Part shown: positions 36,659 through 50,922 of the stretch, one piece after another
Layout of the letters: each line of letters starts with the position of its first letter
How positions within the stretch are numbered: position 1 is the stretch's first letter
Assembly (NCBI RefSeq): GCF_001194135.2
Contig: NC_068983.1
Coordinates: forward strand, 94,760,659-94,824,658
Direction: 5' to 3'
Length of the DNA: 64,000 nucleotides
DNA from: Octopus bimaculoides
Taxonomy: Eukaryota
The notes under the pieces: generated by a model
The model's input: the letters and a program-made list of their open reading frames with translations, nothing else
Database searches by the model: none
Told to the model about the DNA's origin: nothing
Translations under genes and position numbers: made by a program

Positions 36659-39600
36659 TCGAAAAATACCTTAGGAATGAGAACCCAGGTTTGAAATTTC
36701 CCCAAGACACCTGATGAAGGCTGGAGGGTATATCAGCCGAAACGTTGTGTTAACAACAAACAAGATGAGGACAAATATCCGTCAAATGTAAATAATGAAT
36801 ATTACAGTTCTTACATGTAGTACGAGTTTTCCTGTCTTTTTTGGGGCCACGCAAAGAAAATCTTCCCTTTTGCTTTGGCTGAGGAATCTCAAATGAGGTT
36901 GAAGATCATCTTCTTTTCTTGTTTGGTTGAGAAATGTTAGCGGAACTAGAAGATTGTTTGTCATATCCTTGTTTAGCATGAACTCTAGCAAGTTCCATTC
37001 CTAGCTGAATTAGGAACTGTCTTCTTTTATCCTTGAAACTTTGCAAGTGAAGCTGTTTAGCAACAATGAAAGTATTTACTGCACTTATATCAATCATGTT
37101 GTCGAATATAACCATAGGCCATCTTCCAGTCATTCTTTTGTCCTTACCACCATCTTATCTTTGGTATGTACTCCTCCTTTTGTTTTGTTGTAACATGTAA
37201 TAACTTCAGGTTTCATTTCAGCACTTTTTGAATCAATTGAAGGCTGAGAGTGCATTGTACTCACAAATGAGACTACATAATTTTTCTTGGGACACTAAGA
37301 TAGAATCCTTTTGAAATCCAAATATTGTGCTGTTGATTTCTCTTTCTTTTCCATTTGTGAAAGCACTTGGAATTTCAACTCTGTTCTTTCTAATTGTTCC
37401 AACTAAAGTAGTTTTCTTGCTAAGCAGCTTTTGAACCAGTCCTAGACTTGTAAAAAAATTATCACAAGTTATATTGTGATCAATATTTTCAAGTTCTTTT
37501 ACTAGGTCTTCAACAGCTCTTGAACTTTGATTTGTCTCTCTCCCTTTTACTGGGGCTTTTCCAGTGTAGATTTGCATTTTCTAGGCATAAGATGTTTCAC
37601 TGTCACATATTGCCCCAATTTTAATTCCATATTTCCCTGGTTTTGAAGGAATATATACCCGGATTGGGCAGCACCCTGTGAATGAAACTAATTGTTCATC
37701 AACTGTCATGCATGAACTTGGAACATATCCATCTTGCAAATTCTGATTCCACATTTCAAATACTTCTCTTATGGGCTCCAATTTATCATCACTTCTCTTT
37801 TTTCTTCTTGCACTAGCATCATCAAAATGCAATACTTGTAAAATCTGTTGAAATCTTACCCAGCTCATAATTTTGTTGAATATAGGGTGGCCATGTTCTT
37901 GATTCCATAACTGTGTGACATTTTCATGTTTGGATTTATAAACACCTATAAGAATAATCAGTCCAATAAATTTTTTTAGTTCAGAGTGATCAATTTCCTT
38001 CCGTTTATCTTTGTAAACAACCTGACCTTCAACATTTGATCGTTACGAATTACTTGAAGAAGATTCTGGTGCATAAACATAGTAAAACTTGTTTTAATGC
38101 TATCGCGTGACCTTTTAGCAAAATGGGATGGTCTACATTCTTGACACACAATATTGCAAGATGAAGTTCCTACTGCTGCTTGAGTAAGGGGATTAGAATA
38201 CCAAACTTCTTGTCTGTCTCTAGAAACATATTGCTCATTCATTGGGTGGCTTGCAGATAATTGTTTTTGAGTATCTTCATCATCTGATGACTGAGAACCT
38301 AAACTGTCCAGCACACAATCACTTTCATCATCAGCTTCAGAGCAATAGAAGGAATCACTACTATCTTCTTCCTATTCTTCATCTAATTCCAATAACCTGT
38401 TCGATATTTGGTCTTCACTCAAGTTTTCATGTCTAGGCATATTGGAAAGCACAACTGAACTATATGAAACTTGATAGCAGACTAAAGGCAGATATTGCTC
38501 TCTCACATATTAATACTCTCCTGAAAGACGATGCAACATATTGTAAGAATTGCATCACCCTATAACCTAGCAGATTGAAGGTGATACAATACCATGCAAA
38601 TTTACAGGAATATTTTCATAATTTTTCCTATTTTATCTGTAATTCAGCAAATAAATTGAATATAATTTTATCCATTTTATATCTGATAAATATCTAGGAA
38701 AATAATATTTGTTACTGATTTTATTCTGTTTAGAATGACAAGGATATTGTCTGAATTTAATTCAAGGGTCCAATGGACCCATATGGTAATTAATGTATAA
38801 AGTGAAATTTTCTAGCTTTTATAAGCATACAGAAAATTTCCAATTTTGACAAATAAAAGAGAGTCAAGAAAAAGTAAGAGTCACGAGAAATCAGCAGAAT
38901 CAAATAATATAAACAGTAGGCAAAAGCAACTGAAAAAACTGAAATGGGTCCATTGGACCCATTGTAGATAGAAAGTTAAAACAGGATATATTCTTAATGT
39001 CAGTTCTTTTATATTTTTAGTTATACCTAAGCTTTGAATGTAACTGTGAAAGTCATAGCAAATCTAGTGTCAGGTTATGGTCAGCTTACATAAGAGGCAG
39101 TTTGGGTGTATATATATATCAGTAGCATGTAAATGAACCCATTACACTCTGAGTGGTTGAGAGCGTTAGGAAGGGCATCCAGCTGTAGAAAATCATTCCA
39201 AATCAGACTGGAGTCTGGTGTAGCCTTCCAGCGTGCCAGCCTGGTCAAACTGTCCAACTCATGCCAGGATAAACAACGGACATTAAATGATGATGGGCTT
39301 CCTTCAGTTTCCATCTACCAAATCCACTCACAAGGCTTTGGTCAACCTGGGTCTGTAGTAGGAGACAGTTGTCCAAAGTGCCGTGCAGTGTACATTTTAT
39401 AAATTGTTTATTGTACTCTGCCAGTAAACAGTGTTATTGTTTGAAATCAATATTTTTAAATAACTGTATGTAGTTAAAGAAGCTACATTTATTTTGACAT
39501 TAAGGTCGATTGTGGTTAACACTGAAATGTTAAAATGTGTTCCCATGGAGTCATATTTGAAACTCGTTTTATATGTACTTAAAAACCTAGTGTTAAAGTT

Positions 39601-41087
39601 TATCTGTTAAAAAACAAAAACAAAAACAAAACATTTATAATCTTTTGAATTAAGCTTAACAGTTGTATCCTAAGTTCTTGGTAGCACATCATAAGTATTA
39701 GACTGCAGTTTCAGATTTGTCAATCCTTATTAGAGTTGCTGCTCTGATACCAAAAGAAAATCAGTTCAAAGATAATATTACTTAGTTTATACATGAGCAA
39801 ATAAATTTCAGTTTTGATATTGGTTTAAACAACTGTTAAAAAAAAAAAAGAATTACCAAGACAGTACATATATAAAAATAAATTAAGTATACTGGAGGGT
39901 ATTTATGATTGAAAATATATGTATTGTAGTGTGTTCTCTGATAAAGATTAGTGAATCTGAATCTGTAGTCATTTTGAAATCCCTCACATGTCTCCAAGAA
40001 TTTAGGGTATATTTCCAACTTTCAATTCATAGCAAACTCATGTTTTAAACAATTAAACAAATATATTGAATGTTTTAACCACTGTTCAGTTTTGGTGAAT
40101 TAGTAATTTCTATAGTTTGTATATCACAACCAGTTTTTATATGAATGACTGTTCTACAAATTTTTCCTTTTCATATTTTGTTTCTTGTTTTGAAGTAATG
40201 AACTATCCAACCGACTTTGTGACATTCTTGAAGCTATATTCCTTCATGGACTTAAGGAACCAGTTACGCATAAGGTAAAATAACCATTTATTATTATTAT
40301 TATTACTGAGTGAGAGAGCAGTGCATGTCATCAAAGTGACATTGGAGTACAAATATACAAAGCCCAATATATCCATCATGACTACCCATCTGATAAAGGT
40401 ACACCAGGCACATGCATCACAACCACATGTGTGCGACATCGTGGTCTCATATCAAGGTAAACAATGCATGACCTTGCAGGTGGGGCCCAGTTAAAATTTT
40501 CTTCAGGTTGAGTAGCCCATCCCACTCAAAAGGTCCCTGAGTAAGGTTTGTTTAAGGATGATGAACGAAACACCCATGTTTCCAGAGGTGAATTATTCAA
40601 ACCCCAAAGAATTCCTTTCGACTTCCCAACACATGGCTATGATGCTCTCCCACTACTTCTGCTTGTGATCAGAGATGCACATATCATCAACCACCAAGGG
40701 ACATGCTCAACTGGTTATGGTCAAGCAACTGACAAGCAAATCTGTAGTATTGAGCAGAATATTAGCCCATCTTTTATACCAAGATAAAACATGTACATGA
40801 TAGCACTTCTAATCAGTTCAGATCAAAAACCATGAGAACCACTGCCTGATACTGCATTTTATTATTATTATTTAAGCCAGCAAGCTGGCAGAATCATTAG
40901 CATGCTGGATGAAATGCTTAGCGGTATTTCACATGTCACTACGATCTGAGTTCAAATTCCACCGAGATTGACTTTCCCTTTCATCCTTTCGGGGTTGATA
41001 AAATAAGTACCAGTTGAATACTGGGGTCGATATAATTGACTTATCCCCTCCCTCAGAAAGCTGCCCTTATGGAAAAATTTGAAGGCA

Positions 41088-41130
<43 letters not shown>

Positions 41131-44091
41131 GATATTTTTGTTGAAACACCCCGTTTTGCAAGGGGTGTGCATCAATAATTTTAAAATTTTAACTACTTTT
41201 GGCAAAGCAAATATTTTACAATTTTCTGTAATTATTTAAAGATTGCTGATAAAGAAGCCATCATAATGTTTGACAAAAAACCATGCTCCTTGTCGGAAAA
41301 AATTGAGAATAAGAATATCAAATAGCCTAAACTTAATGATGTCACTGAGGTGAATAATGTTTCATTTCTAAGCCATATCAAAACTTTCAGTGTTGACAAT
41401 GCGAACAATAACAGCAACAGTGACAACAACAATGATACTTAAGAAATGAAACATAAAAACGCAGTTATCACCTCCACTTCTTTTGCATTTGTGGCAGGAA
41501 ATATGAAAAGTTTCCACATAGATAAAGAAGAATTAAAATTGGCAAGAAAAATTGTAAAGAGATGGGATAAGGGTAGCTCGAAACCTTCCATCTGACGTGA
41601 TAGAAAATATCGCAAGATGCTCAGTAACGTATCGTTGCATTGAAGTCAAGTCTCAGTGGGTGGGAAATGCTACTGAAAGCAAAATACAGTTAAGCATAAA
41701 ATATAAATATTGTATCAGGATTGAATATTTTATATTTAAGAAATGTTTCAACCCTTCTAAACACCCAGTTCCCTCTTGACATTTGTCATGCTCTTATGAG
41801 TTTATAACACCAACAATGGGGTGATACCACCCAGGTTAAGAGCCACTAATGCAGAGGATCTCTTTTTGTTCAAATTACAGAAATTGTAAAAATGTGTCCT
41901 TATTTAAGTATCTCTTAATATATTTCCAGCTAAAGATGTTTATGCAACCAACTTCAGGACAAGTTACAACCCTTGTAAGTATACCTCAGTTTTATTGTTT
42001 TATTAGTGATTAAAATCCCAGTAAGTTGACCAAAATGGTTGGGCATCTTACTAAATACATTTTACTATTTAGTTTTTACTTCTGTATTCTAACTTCTGAA
42101 TTTGTTGGAATCAGTCACCTGGGGGAAAAGTGTGTCATATATTCAAAACCCATTCCATCATTTCCCCCTCCTTACAATTACTTTGTAATTATTGTATGAA
42201 ATGCCAAAAGAAATCCAATACTTGTTATTGAAACAACTTATCTAACTCATGAACATAAACATGCATATTCAAAGTTAACAGCCTCCTTTCTATCAGTGGC
42301 TGACTAGCTCTGTTAACTTCAGGAAGATAGAAAGTTGGTGCTGTAATTTTTATGCCATTTACTAACAGGCTGGTACTGAAAGAAAAGTGAAATAGCTACT
42401 TTGAAAAATTCAAAGCAGGAAAGCAAAAATTTCATATGTTAGAACATCAATACATAAAAACTTGTAAAATTCAGTTTTCTATTCCTCATTTTTTTATGTA
42501 TAATTAGTCAGAAGTAGAGGGCAATAACTAAGATGTTTGCTGGCTCTATCAAGCTGGTAAGTTTGGGTTGCTTTCAACAGATTGAACTTTGCTAAAGGCT
42601 TCCAAAGAGAAAAAATAGTATTAACTCTCTAACATTCAGATTACTCTATCTGATAAAATTCTTATTTATTCACATTGTTTTGAATCAATCATGCATTATC
42701 TTGTAGCTTCAACATTTCAATGATGTGATTGTTTATTTTCAAATGATATTGTAGGATAGCTGTGAGAGGTGGGACTTGGCCATTTTAAACATAAAACAGG
42801 TAGAATATTGAGCCAGATATGTCCAATTTAAATGCTAAAGTGTTAAACTAGATAGCATATAGGGTCCAAACTTTTCTCACTCTGTAAAAGGAAACTTTTT
42901 AATGGAAAATAAGCACTATCATTTGAATAAAACTGCAAAACATTTTTTGCTTCAACTCTGAAGTGATAAAATTAATTATCATACTAAAGTGCCTTCTTTT
43001 ATGGAAAAAAAAAAGAACCGTTCTCTTACCATACACTTTTGTAACATCTGATCAATGTTGCCTGGCTACTCTGTACAGTTACATGCAGATATCATCATAG
43101 GCCAAATACTAAATTATATTTTTTTTATTATATATAATATTGATTTTGTATATTTCCACGATATAAGTAAGTCCAGTCTAAGCCAAAAACTGACAAGTGG
43201 TTTGCTTGGATTGCATGATAATCATTTTATGCATTGGGACAAAGCCACAATGAACACATATCTGGTATTTACATACTGCTAGCTTCTTTTTGGAAAGTGA
43301 AATGAAAGAGATGATATGCAATAGCTACATGAAACTATTATCATCAATCAGATACTTAAAAACATCTCAAATAACTGTTATTATGTTATTTTGATATTAT
43401 AAATAGATGTTATTCATTTCTTACTTCTATAATATTTATTCTTTCTTCTATACTTATCCTTTTGAAACAGAACTTCTGGAAGTTTATCAGCCGATTTACT
43501 CACAAAAATGTTATTGCTCAAATTCAAGATTTAAATCAGATAAAAACTGATGTTGGCTATTGTCGGGTAAGTATGTGTAGATTTCAGTCGTATGTGATTA
43601 TGTGAACATGCAGATATGTGGATATCATCCAAACACAATGACTGAAGTACAAGGCATCAGTTTTATTTCAATTTAAAAAAAAACTCATCAGATGTGTACT
43701 GAAGTTTGTAACAGTATGGAATATTGTATAACAAGCTGAAGTATTGTCGCATAACAAACTGAGTTGTTGGAGTATAACAGACTGGAGTGCTGCTTCCTAA
43801 CAAACTGGATTGCTGTTTTATAATAAATGAAGTATTTTTGTGAAACACTTGAGTTATATAATTAACTAACTATGTCTTTAAAATTACATAAGTTTGTTAA
43901 AGAATGATATATATATATATATATATATATTACAAATTAAAAGGGTAAAGGTTTATCAATTTATTAATTTATTAATAAATCAACAATTAATAATTTTTAC
44001 CAAGCCCTTCGGTATGTAAGCACCATTATCGGTGGAGAACTTATTTAAAAGTTCATATATATTTATAAACATAATTAAGGGNNNNNNNNNN

Positions 44092-44133
<42 letters not shown>

Positions 44134-47100
44134 TAACAATGCATCCTGGCATTGCCTGGGTGTTATGACCTACAGCCACATTGTATTATTTGTTCCTTTC
44201 TTATGGACAGAATTGGCACAACTGATATATAGTGAGCTGGATTACTAGCATAATGGAAGTTATTGTTAGTTTAAAAGTGAAGTGGGGAGGATACAATTTG
44301 CATGGATTTGCATGAAAGTGCTTCCTGTTCTTAAGAAGTATCTCAAACTATGTATTGTTTCATTGTATATTTTGCCCAGAAATTACATTTTCAAAATTTT
44401 AATTTCCCCGTCCCCACCGCAATTTCTTAATTTGTAACTTTTCTCAATTTTTTTTTCATCCATGTAGAATAGAAATTATGAATTTGGTAAATATATATTT
44501 TTTTTAAAGTTGAATTTTTCTTAAAGAAACACTCAGTACCCCTTCCCCCATCTCACCCACCCATCACCTACCTGCTTTCAAAAGCTAAAACCTCCCAATG
44601 TTTCATGCATGTGTAAAATTGTACTGAAATAGCAGATGTAAAACATACCAGACACCCACCAGAAAACCCAACATGCTAGAAACAACAGGTAAATGACATT
44701 ACTTCAGAAAAAACTTCCCCGCTTTCCAAAAAGCTAAAAGTGAAACATTAGGAGTTTGTAGCTTTTTGAAAGTGGTGAGGTGATGGGTGGATGTTTGGGA
44801 AGGAGATTTTAATGTTTCTTTAAGAAAAAAGGAAAAAGAAAATTCTTAACGATTCATACTCTCTGTTTTTTTCTCTGTGGATTACCAATAAAAAATTTGG
44901 GAAAAAGTAAAAATGAAGGAATTGGGGTGTGGAAGGAGAAAATTAAAATATTGTAAACATCGAAAACATAGGAATCGGAAGAAATTTAGGCAAAAAATAA
45001 GGCAGGGGGCACAAATGTCACCTTGGACATGCTAGAAACAACAGGTAGAGGACAGGATTTCTAGGAAAACCTCCTTTTAAGTTTATATTGAAGATCAGGT
45101 TTTTAAATATGCTCATCATAAACACAAATTACAGAATAGAAAAAAGATCATTTCAATTAGATTTGAGCTGTAATTTTGCGCATGCACACAGCAAGAAATA
45201 ACAATTCGTACAGAAGTTTTACCTAGAGTGTGCATGTGTGTGCCAAAGGAAGTTATATTATGCCATTCTTTCATTTGAAGTAGTAAAGTTTTCAACTCAA
45301 TCATGTGGTTGATCATATGGGATCATATGATTGTTCGTTAATTTCCATAAAAAGAGAGGAAAGTGAAAGATGTATGGATGTACGTGCATGAGAGAGAGTG
45401 AGTGAGTGAAGGTACGTGTTGTCATATATGTATTTTTTTGCATGTATGTGTAAGTGGAACTGTCTCTCTCTCTCTCTCTCTCTCATATACACATATATAA
45501 ATTACATGGAAAAATGCGAGCAAGAGAAATGATAGTCTTAAGATTATAGACCTGGAAAAGTACAGGACAAGTTATTACACTTGAAAAAGTTCAGGGCAAC
45601 TTATTACATCTGGTATAGTACAGAACAAGAAAATTTTTACTTAAAATATTGTAGCACCAAACAGCTGTCAGTGGATATACTCTCCTTTGTGGCGGTCAGT
45701 GCTGTGTCTAACATGACCCATTGTCAGAAGTTTTGACACCTCCTTCAGGTTTGTTGTCCTGCGTCACTCATAAAGTGAATTTAGAGGAGCTGTGGTTGTT
45801 CATTTGTGGATAACAGGGAAACAATGAGGTGATAGACTTGCTCTTGAACTTTGAACGTTGGCATAAATCCATGTTCAACTGTCTCCTTTAGATGCACCAA
45901 ACAATGTCATTTGAAATGCAGAGTTGTATTGTCCGATATTGTTCAGAAAATCCTTTGACTGGATGGAAGTGCCTTCCAGAAGATCCATAAGAGGTTAAGG
46001 AGGAGCTGGTAGTTTTGGCAATCTTACCCTACCACCTGAGCAACACATGCCATTAGTTTCATTTGGAAATTTTAAAGCTTTGCAGAAATGACAATTTGAG
46101 TTTAACACACCAATTTGGACAAAATTATCATTTTTATAAGAATGGGATGGATCATATCTGAAAGCAGTTCCAGGAATTGTGAAGAACGAATTTGTACATA
46201 GTTTGTTTCTGAGAGCTGTTCTATTGGACCTCTGTCTAATCATTAAAATGTAGTTTTAATGATTCAGCATTAAGTGCTGCAGCATGCTTTTGCTGATCTT
46301 GGGATCAGACCCCATTTGATGCGCTGCAGTGCTCATTTTCTGGTCTTGAGAAAGTCTTATTATACTTCTGTCTTGAGACTCTATTTGACGTGCTGCAGCA
46401 TGCATTTGCTGATCTTGGGGAAAGTTTCATCTCCCTTCTGTGTTGAGACTCCATCTGACATGCTGCAGCATGCCTTTGATCATAAGAAAGTCTCATGTTG
46501 CTTATGTCTTGAGACTCCATTGGATGTGCTGCAGCATGCATTTGCTGATTTTGGGAAAGTCTCATCTCCTCTCTGTATTGAGACTCCATCTGACGTGCTG
46601 CAGTATACCTTTGCTGATCTTGTGAAAGTCTCATCTCGCTTCTCTCTTGAGACTCCGTTTTACATGTTACAGCATGCCTTTGCTGATCTTGAGAAAGTCT
46701 CATCTTGCTTCTGTCTTAAGATTTCATTTGATGTGTTGCAGCATGTAGTTTGCTGATCTTGGGAAAGTCTCATAAATATAATAGAAATAAGATGGTTTTA
46801 GTGTTATCAGATTAGAATTAAAAGTAAAAGAATAAAAGTGAAACTTATATCACATTACAATATAGATCTTATTCTTTCACTTTTGACACGTAATACTGAA
46901 CCAGTGCCAATGTTATATTGTTTTAATTCAAATGAAAAAACTCACTTGTTGACACTCACAGGGTCTGATACTATTACCTTGTAAAATTTGATTTGATTGA
47001 GCCATTTGAGAATGCATAGGGAACAGACAGACAGAGAGACAAAGAATTATATATAGAGAGATAGTAAGCAGCCTTCTTTATTATAGTACAGATGTGACTA

Positions 47101-50100
47101 ATTTGGAGAAACATTACTTTCATTATTAACACATCGTCACTCTTATAATGCCACACTTTGTAATTTTGGTTCAAATTGAAAGTGTGAAACTATTTTCACT
47201 TTCTAATGAAACCTGGTCATTGTAGAGCTTTGTCTTTCAAATAACTAAAGCTGGTTGTTGAGATAATGTAGAAAATATGTAGGTGAAAATAAAGTTTATT
47301 TGGTAGCCGAAAGATTACTGAACCTTTTCATATCCCATACGTCAAAATTGGCAACTCAGTTTTCGAATGCATAAGGAACATATGCACACACACACACACA
47401 CACATACAAACTCTCTTTTATATATATAGATTATAAGGGAGAGAAAGACACACGAGCATAGCTTTGTGGATAAGACATTTGCTTCCCAACTATATGGTTT
47501 TGGGTTCAGTACCATGTGTAGTACACTGGGCAAGTGTCTTCCATTATAGCTTTAGGCTGACCAAAGCTTTGTAAGTGAATTTGGTAGACAGAAACTAAAA
47601 GAAACTAGTTGTATACACACACACACATCTATATATTTGATATGTATATATGTATGCGTGTATGTGTGGGCAGATCTTTGAGTGTCTCTCTGCTTTGACA
47701 TCACATGTGAGTTGTAAACAAGCATTACTGTTGTGAAGGTGGTGTCCTTCACACCCAATCTTCCATTAAAACTTGGCTGGCCATGGGAAATAAATCCCAC
47801 TTGAAAACAGCTGAGAGTTACTAACAAGAAGAGCATCCAGCTGTAGAAAATCTACCTCAATGAATTCTGTCCTGTCTGTCCCATGCAAGTATGGAAAAGT
47901 GTATACTAAAACATGATACACACACACACATGTGTATATAAATGAGATGACAAAGAAATAAATGATTATCTTATGAACTTCATTAGCTTATAAGATGCAG
48001 TGGACTCATTGTTGGGTGCCCGAGTGACACTTTCTAGCTTCATTCATATATGTACATTGTAAATAAACTCAGCACAGAGTGAGTTGGTATTCTACAGAAA
48101 ATAAAGGAATTCTCAAACACAGGATAGCCTTGAATTAGTAAGAGGAAATATGTACAAAAATATACCTTTAAATGTATATAATTAACATTTTCAGTAGTTG
48201 TTCCTTGTTTGTATCCTTTAACATTTTAATGGCAATAAGAGCCAGTAGTGCTTATTAAAACCCATCTCTCATTGTATCTGAACAAACCCATGAGTCACTT
48301 AACCTCTCACCTGACATCCAGTTCTTGATTTTTTTTTCTACAGTTTATAACTGTCATTCAGCTAACTGAAGCAGGTGTAGTGAAGTATTGAAATATTCTG
48401 CTCAAAGCTTGAGTGCAGTGTTTGGGACAGGAAACAGAATCATGACCCTTGTCCTGAGAGATTAACACAATACTTCTTCAACTATTCCAACACTCTATTG
48501 AATGTTTAATTTTTTTTGAAGTTTGATAATATATATTTGTCTGCTATAATTTATCTATAACAAAATTGTCTCTATCACTCTTTGTAGGTTTGGATAAGAC
48601 TTGCCCTGAATGATGGTATCCTTGGCAGCTACATTGATGTTATGACTGCAGATGTCCAGGCTCTAGAGTGAGAAATATTTTTATTTCCAAGTCTGTTGAA
48701 AATTTCTGTATCAGAAAGTGGATACATAGCAAATGAGGGGTGTGAAATACCTTAACTGATAATTTGAGAAAAGCAGTTAGTTTTTTATTTATTTATTTAT
48801 TACACTGTGTGACCCCCAAATAAAATGAAATGAAGGGCTGAAAGGATATTAAAGCATAAGCATTTAAACTGGCCATATCCAGCCAAAATATTCTACCTGT
48901 TTTATATTCAAACTGGCCATATCCAGGCTCTCACATCTATCATTTTAAAAATTAACAGTTACCTCATCAAAATCTCAAACCTTCATGATAATGCATGATT
49001 AATTCAAAACAATGTGAATAAGTAAACATTACTTTTAACAGAATGGTGAATGCTAAAGGGTTAATTAATAGATGTCAGAAATGAGGGACAAATAAGTGAA
49101 ACCAAAGACCTAGTCTTCAGTGATACAGCAGTGTTGATAATGATGATAATAATAGGCAGAATTTCTCTTATTTTATGCTTTATATCATCATCGTCGTCAT
49201 CCTCACCCACTTGCATAGATTAGATGGGTTTGTCAAAGAGTATCAAGACATCATTAATCATTTTATCACTGATATTATCAAATATGCTTTTTTCTTTTGT
49301 CCAGAATTTATATCATCTATACTTATACATATATCGCATTCTCTTACTCTCTCTCTCTCTCTCTCTGTATATATATATATATATATAGTAAAGAGTTTAT
49401 TTTGCAAAATAATGTGGCAGTCCTGACTAGGACTATGTTACAACATTTCTTTTTTTTTTTTTGCCACATTACTGANNNNNNNNNNNNNNNNNNNNNNNNN
49501 NNNNNNNNNNNNNNNNNNNNNNNNNNNNNNNNNNNNNNNNNNNNNNNNNNNNNNNNNNNNNNNNNNNNNNNNNNNNNNNNNNNNNNNNNNNNNNNNNNNN
49601 NNNNNNNNNNNNNNNNNNNNNNNNNNNNNNNNNNNNNNNNNNNNNNNNNNNNNNNNNNNNNNNNNNNNTATTTGCCAAAGGAAGTTATCCTTCCCATCTT
49701 GATCTACGATACGTACGTACTCGAGTTTCAGGGTTATTTCCCTTCTTCAGCGTACGACAATCGCCGACCTTCGATGCAAAAGATATCCCTTGGCAAATAT
49801 ATATAAGTTTTTCCAGTGAAATTATTCACTGATATATATATCTATTCCCCCTCCCCCTCTTTTTTTTTTTCCTGAAATAAGTTAATCAGGGAAGTAGAGC
49901 AGTGCTCAGGACTTTTTCAAGATTGACTGGGTCAATGACTGTACAGAAAAAAATGTGGGAGGAGAGGTGACTTCGAGGGGTTGATATCATATTCTGGGAA
50001 GAAAGAATTATAATAGGGAGAGGGATTTGTGTCAGGCACAGTAGAGGTGATGAAGACAGAAAAGTTGGGTGGGAGTACATGGAAGTAGTATGAAGCTAAC

Positions 50101-50631
50101 AAGTTCAGAAGGGCAAAGACCATTGTAGTAGCAATAGAATAGACAGAGAGGAGCCAATATATCTGTGCTAGGTATTGTAATGTGTTATTGTGGAAAGAAG
50201 TGGTGCCATGAAAGTATATGTTATTGTTTCACCCAGGAAGAATTGGGGCATGGCTGGTTTCTTACGGCATTCTTTCAGGGTTTTGATTGGTATCTGAATC
50301 CTTGCATCATCTTCATATGATCTTTTCTGCAGAGGCCTGGCAAAAGATATTGGGTTTATATTTTGTCCTTGTTTATAACTTCGCTACATTTGATGACATG
50401 TTTACGAAAGTTGTCTATTCTTCTTGGGAGAGAGAAAGAGTTTATTATGCTCCACCATTATATTTTCTTAAAACAATCCAGTATATTTTAATCTGTGCTT
50501 TAATCTTGTTTTCTTTTTTTTAAAGTTCATTTTATCACCATCTATCATATTTACGAGATTTGGAGCAACCTGGGATTTTGAAATCATATGTTCAAGGTAA
50601 ATTTCCTGAGGAGTTTTTCCCCCCGTTTGGT

Positions 50632-50671
<40 letters not shown>

Positions 50672-50885
50672 CATGCACACACACACACACACACACAGAG
50701 TAATCCCAACTCCTAACCCCCGCAATAGGTGGAAGTCTGTGAAGTAGAAACAGTGCTGTACTGTATATTTTTTTTAATTATTTTTATAATTTGTATATAT
50801 TTATTTTATTACAAATGCAAAACAACACCACAGGAAGCTTAAATCATAAACTCCAATAGGTGAACCATGATATGGCAAGAGATTA

Positions 50886-50922
<37 letters not shown>

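Larger units (their letters stand above)
36157..38975 (-). mobile_element. piggyBac transposon with near-complete but disrupted transposase, in PLEKHM1 intron 2
   Basis: TTAA at 36153-36156 and 38976-38979; MTVDEQLVSF, ITCDNFFTS and YNKTKGGVHTKDK (third Asp mutated to His); frameshifts across track ORFs 36906-38314; palindromic TGGGTCCAWTGGACCCA subterminal repeats. Confidence 0.92.

Noticed and set aside
40553-40590. GATGATGA..GAAAC hammerhead look-alike
   Set aside because: It has no CUGA core and no stem II.
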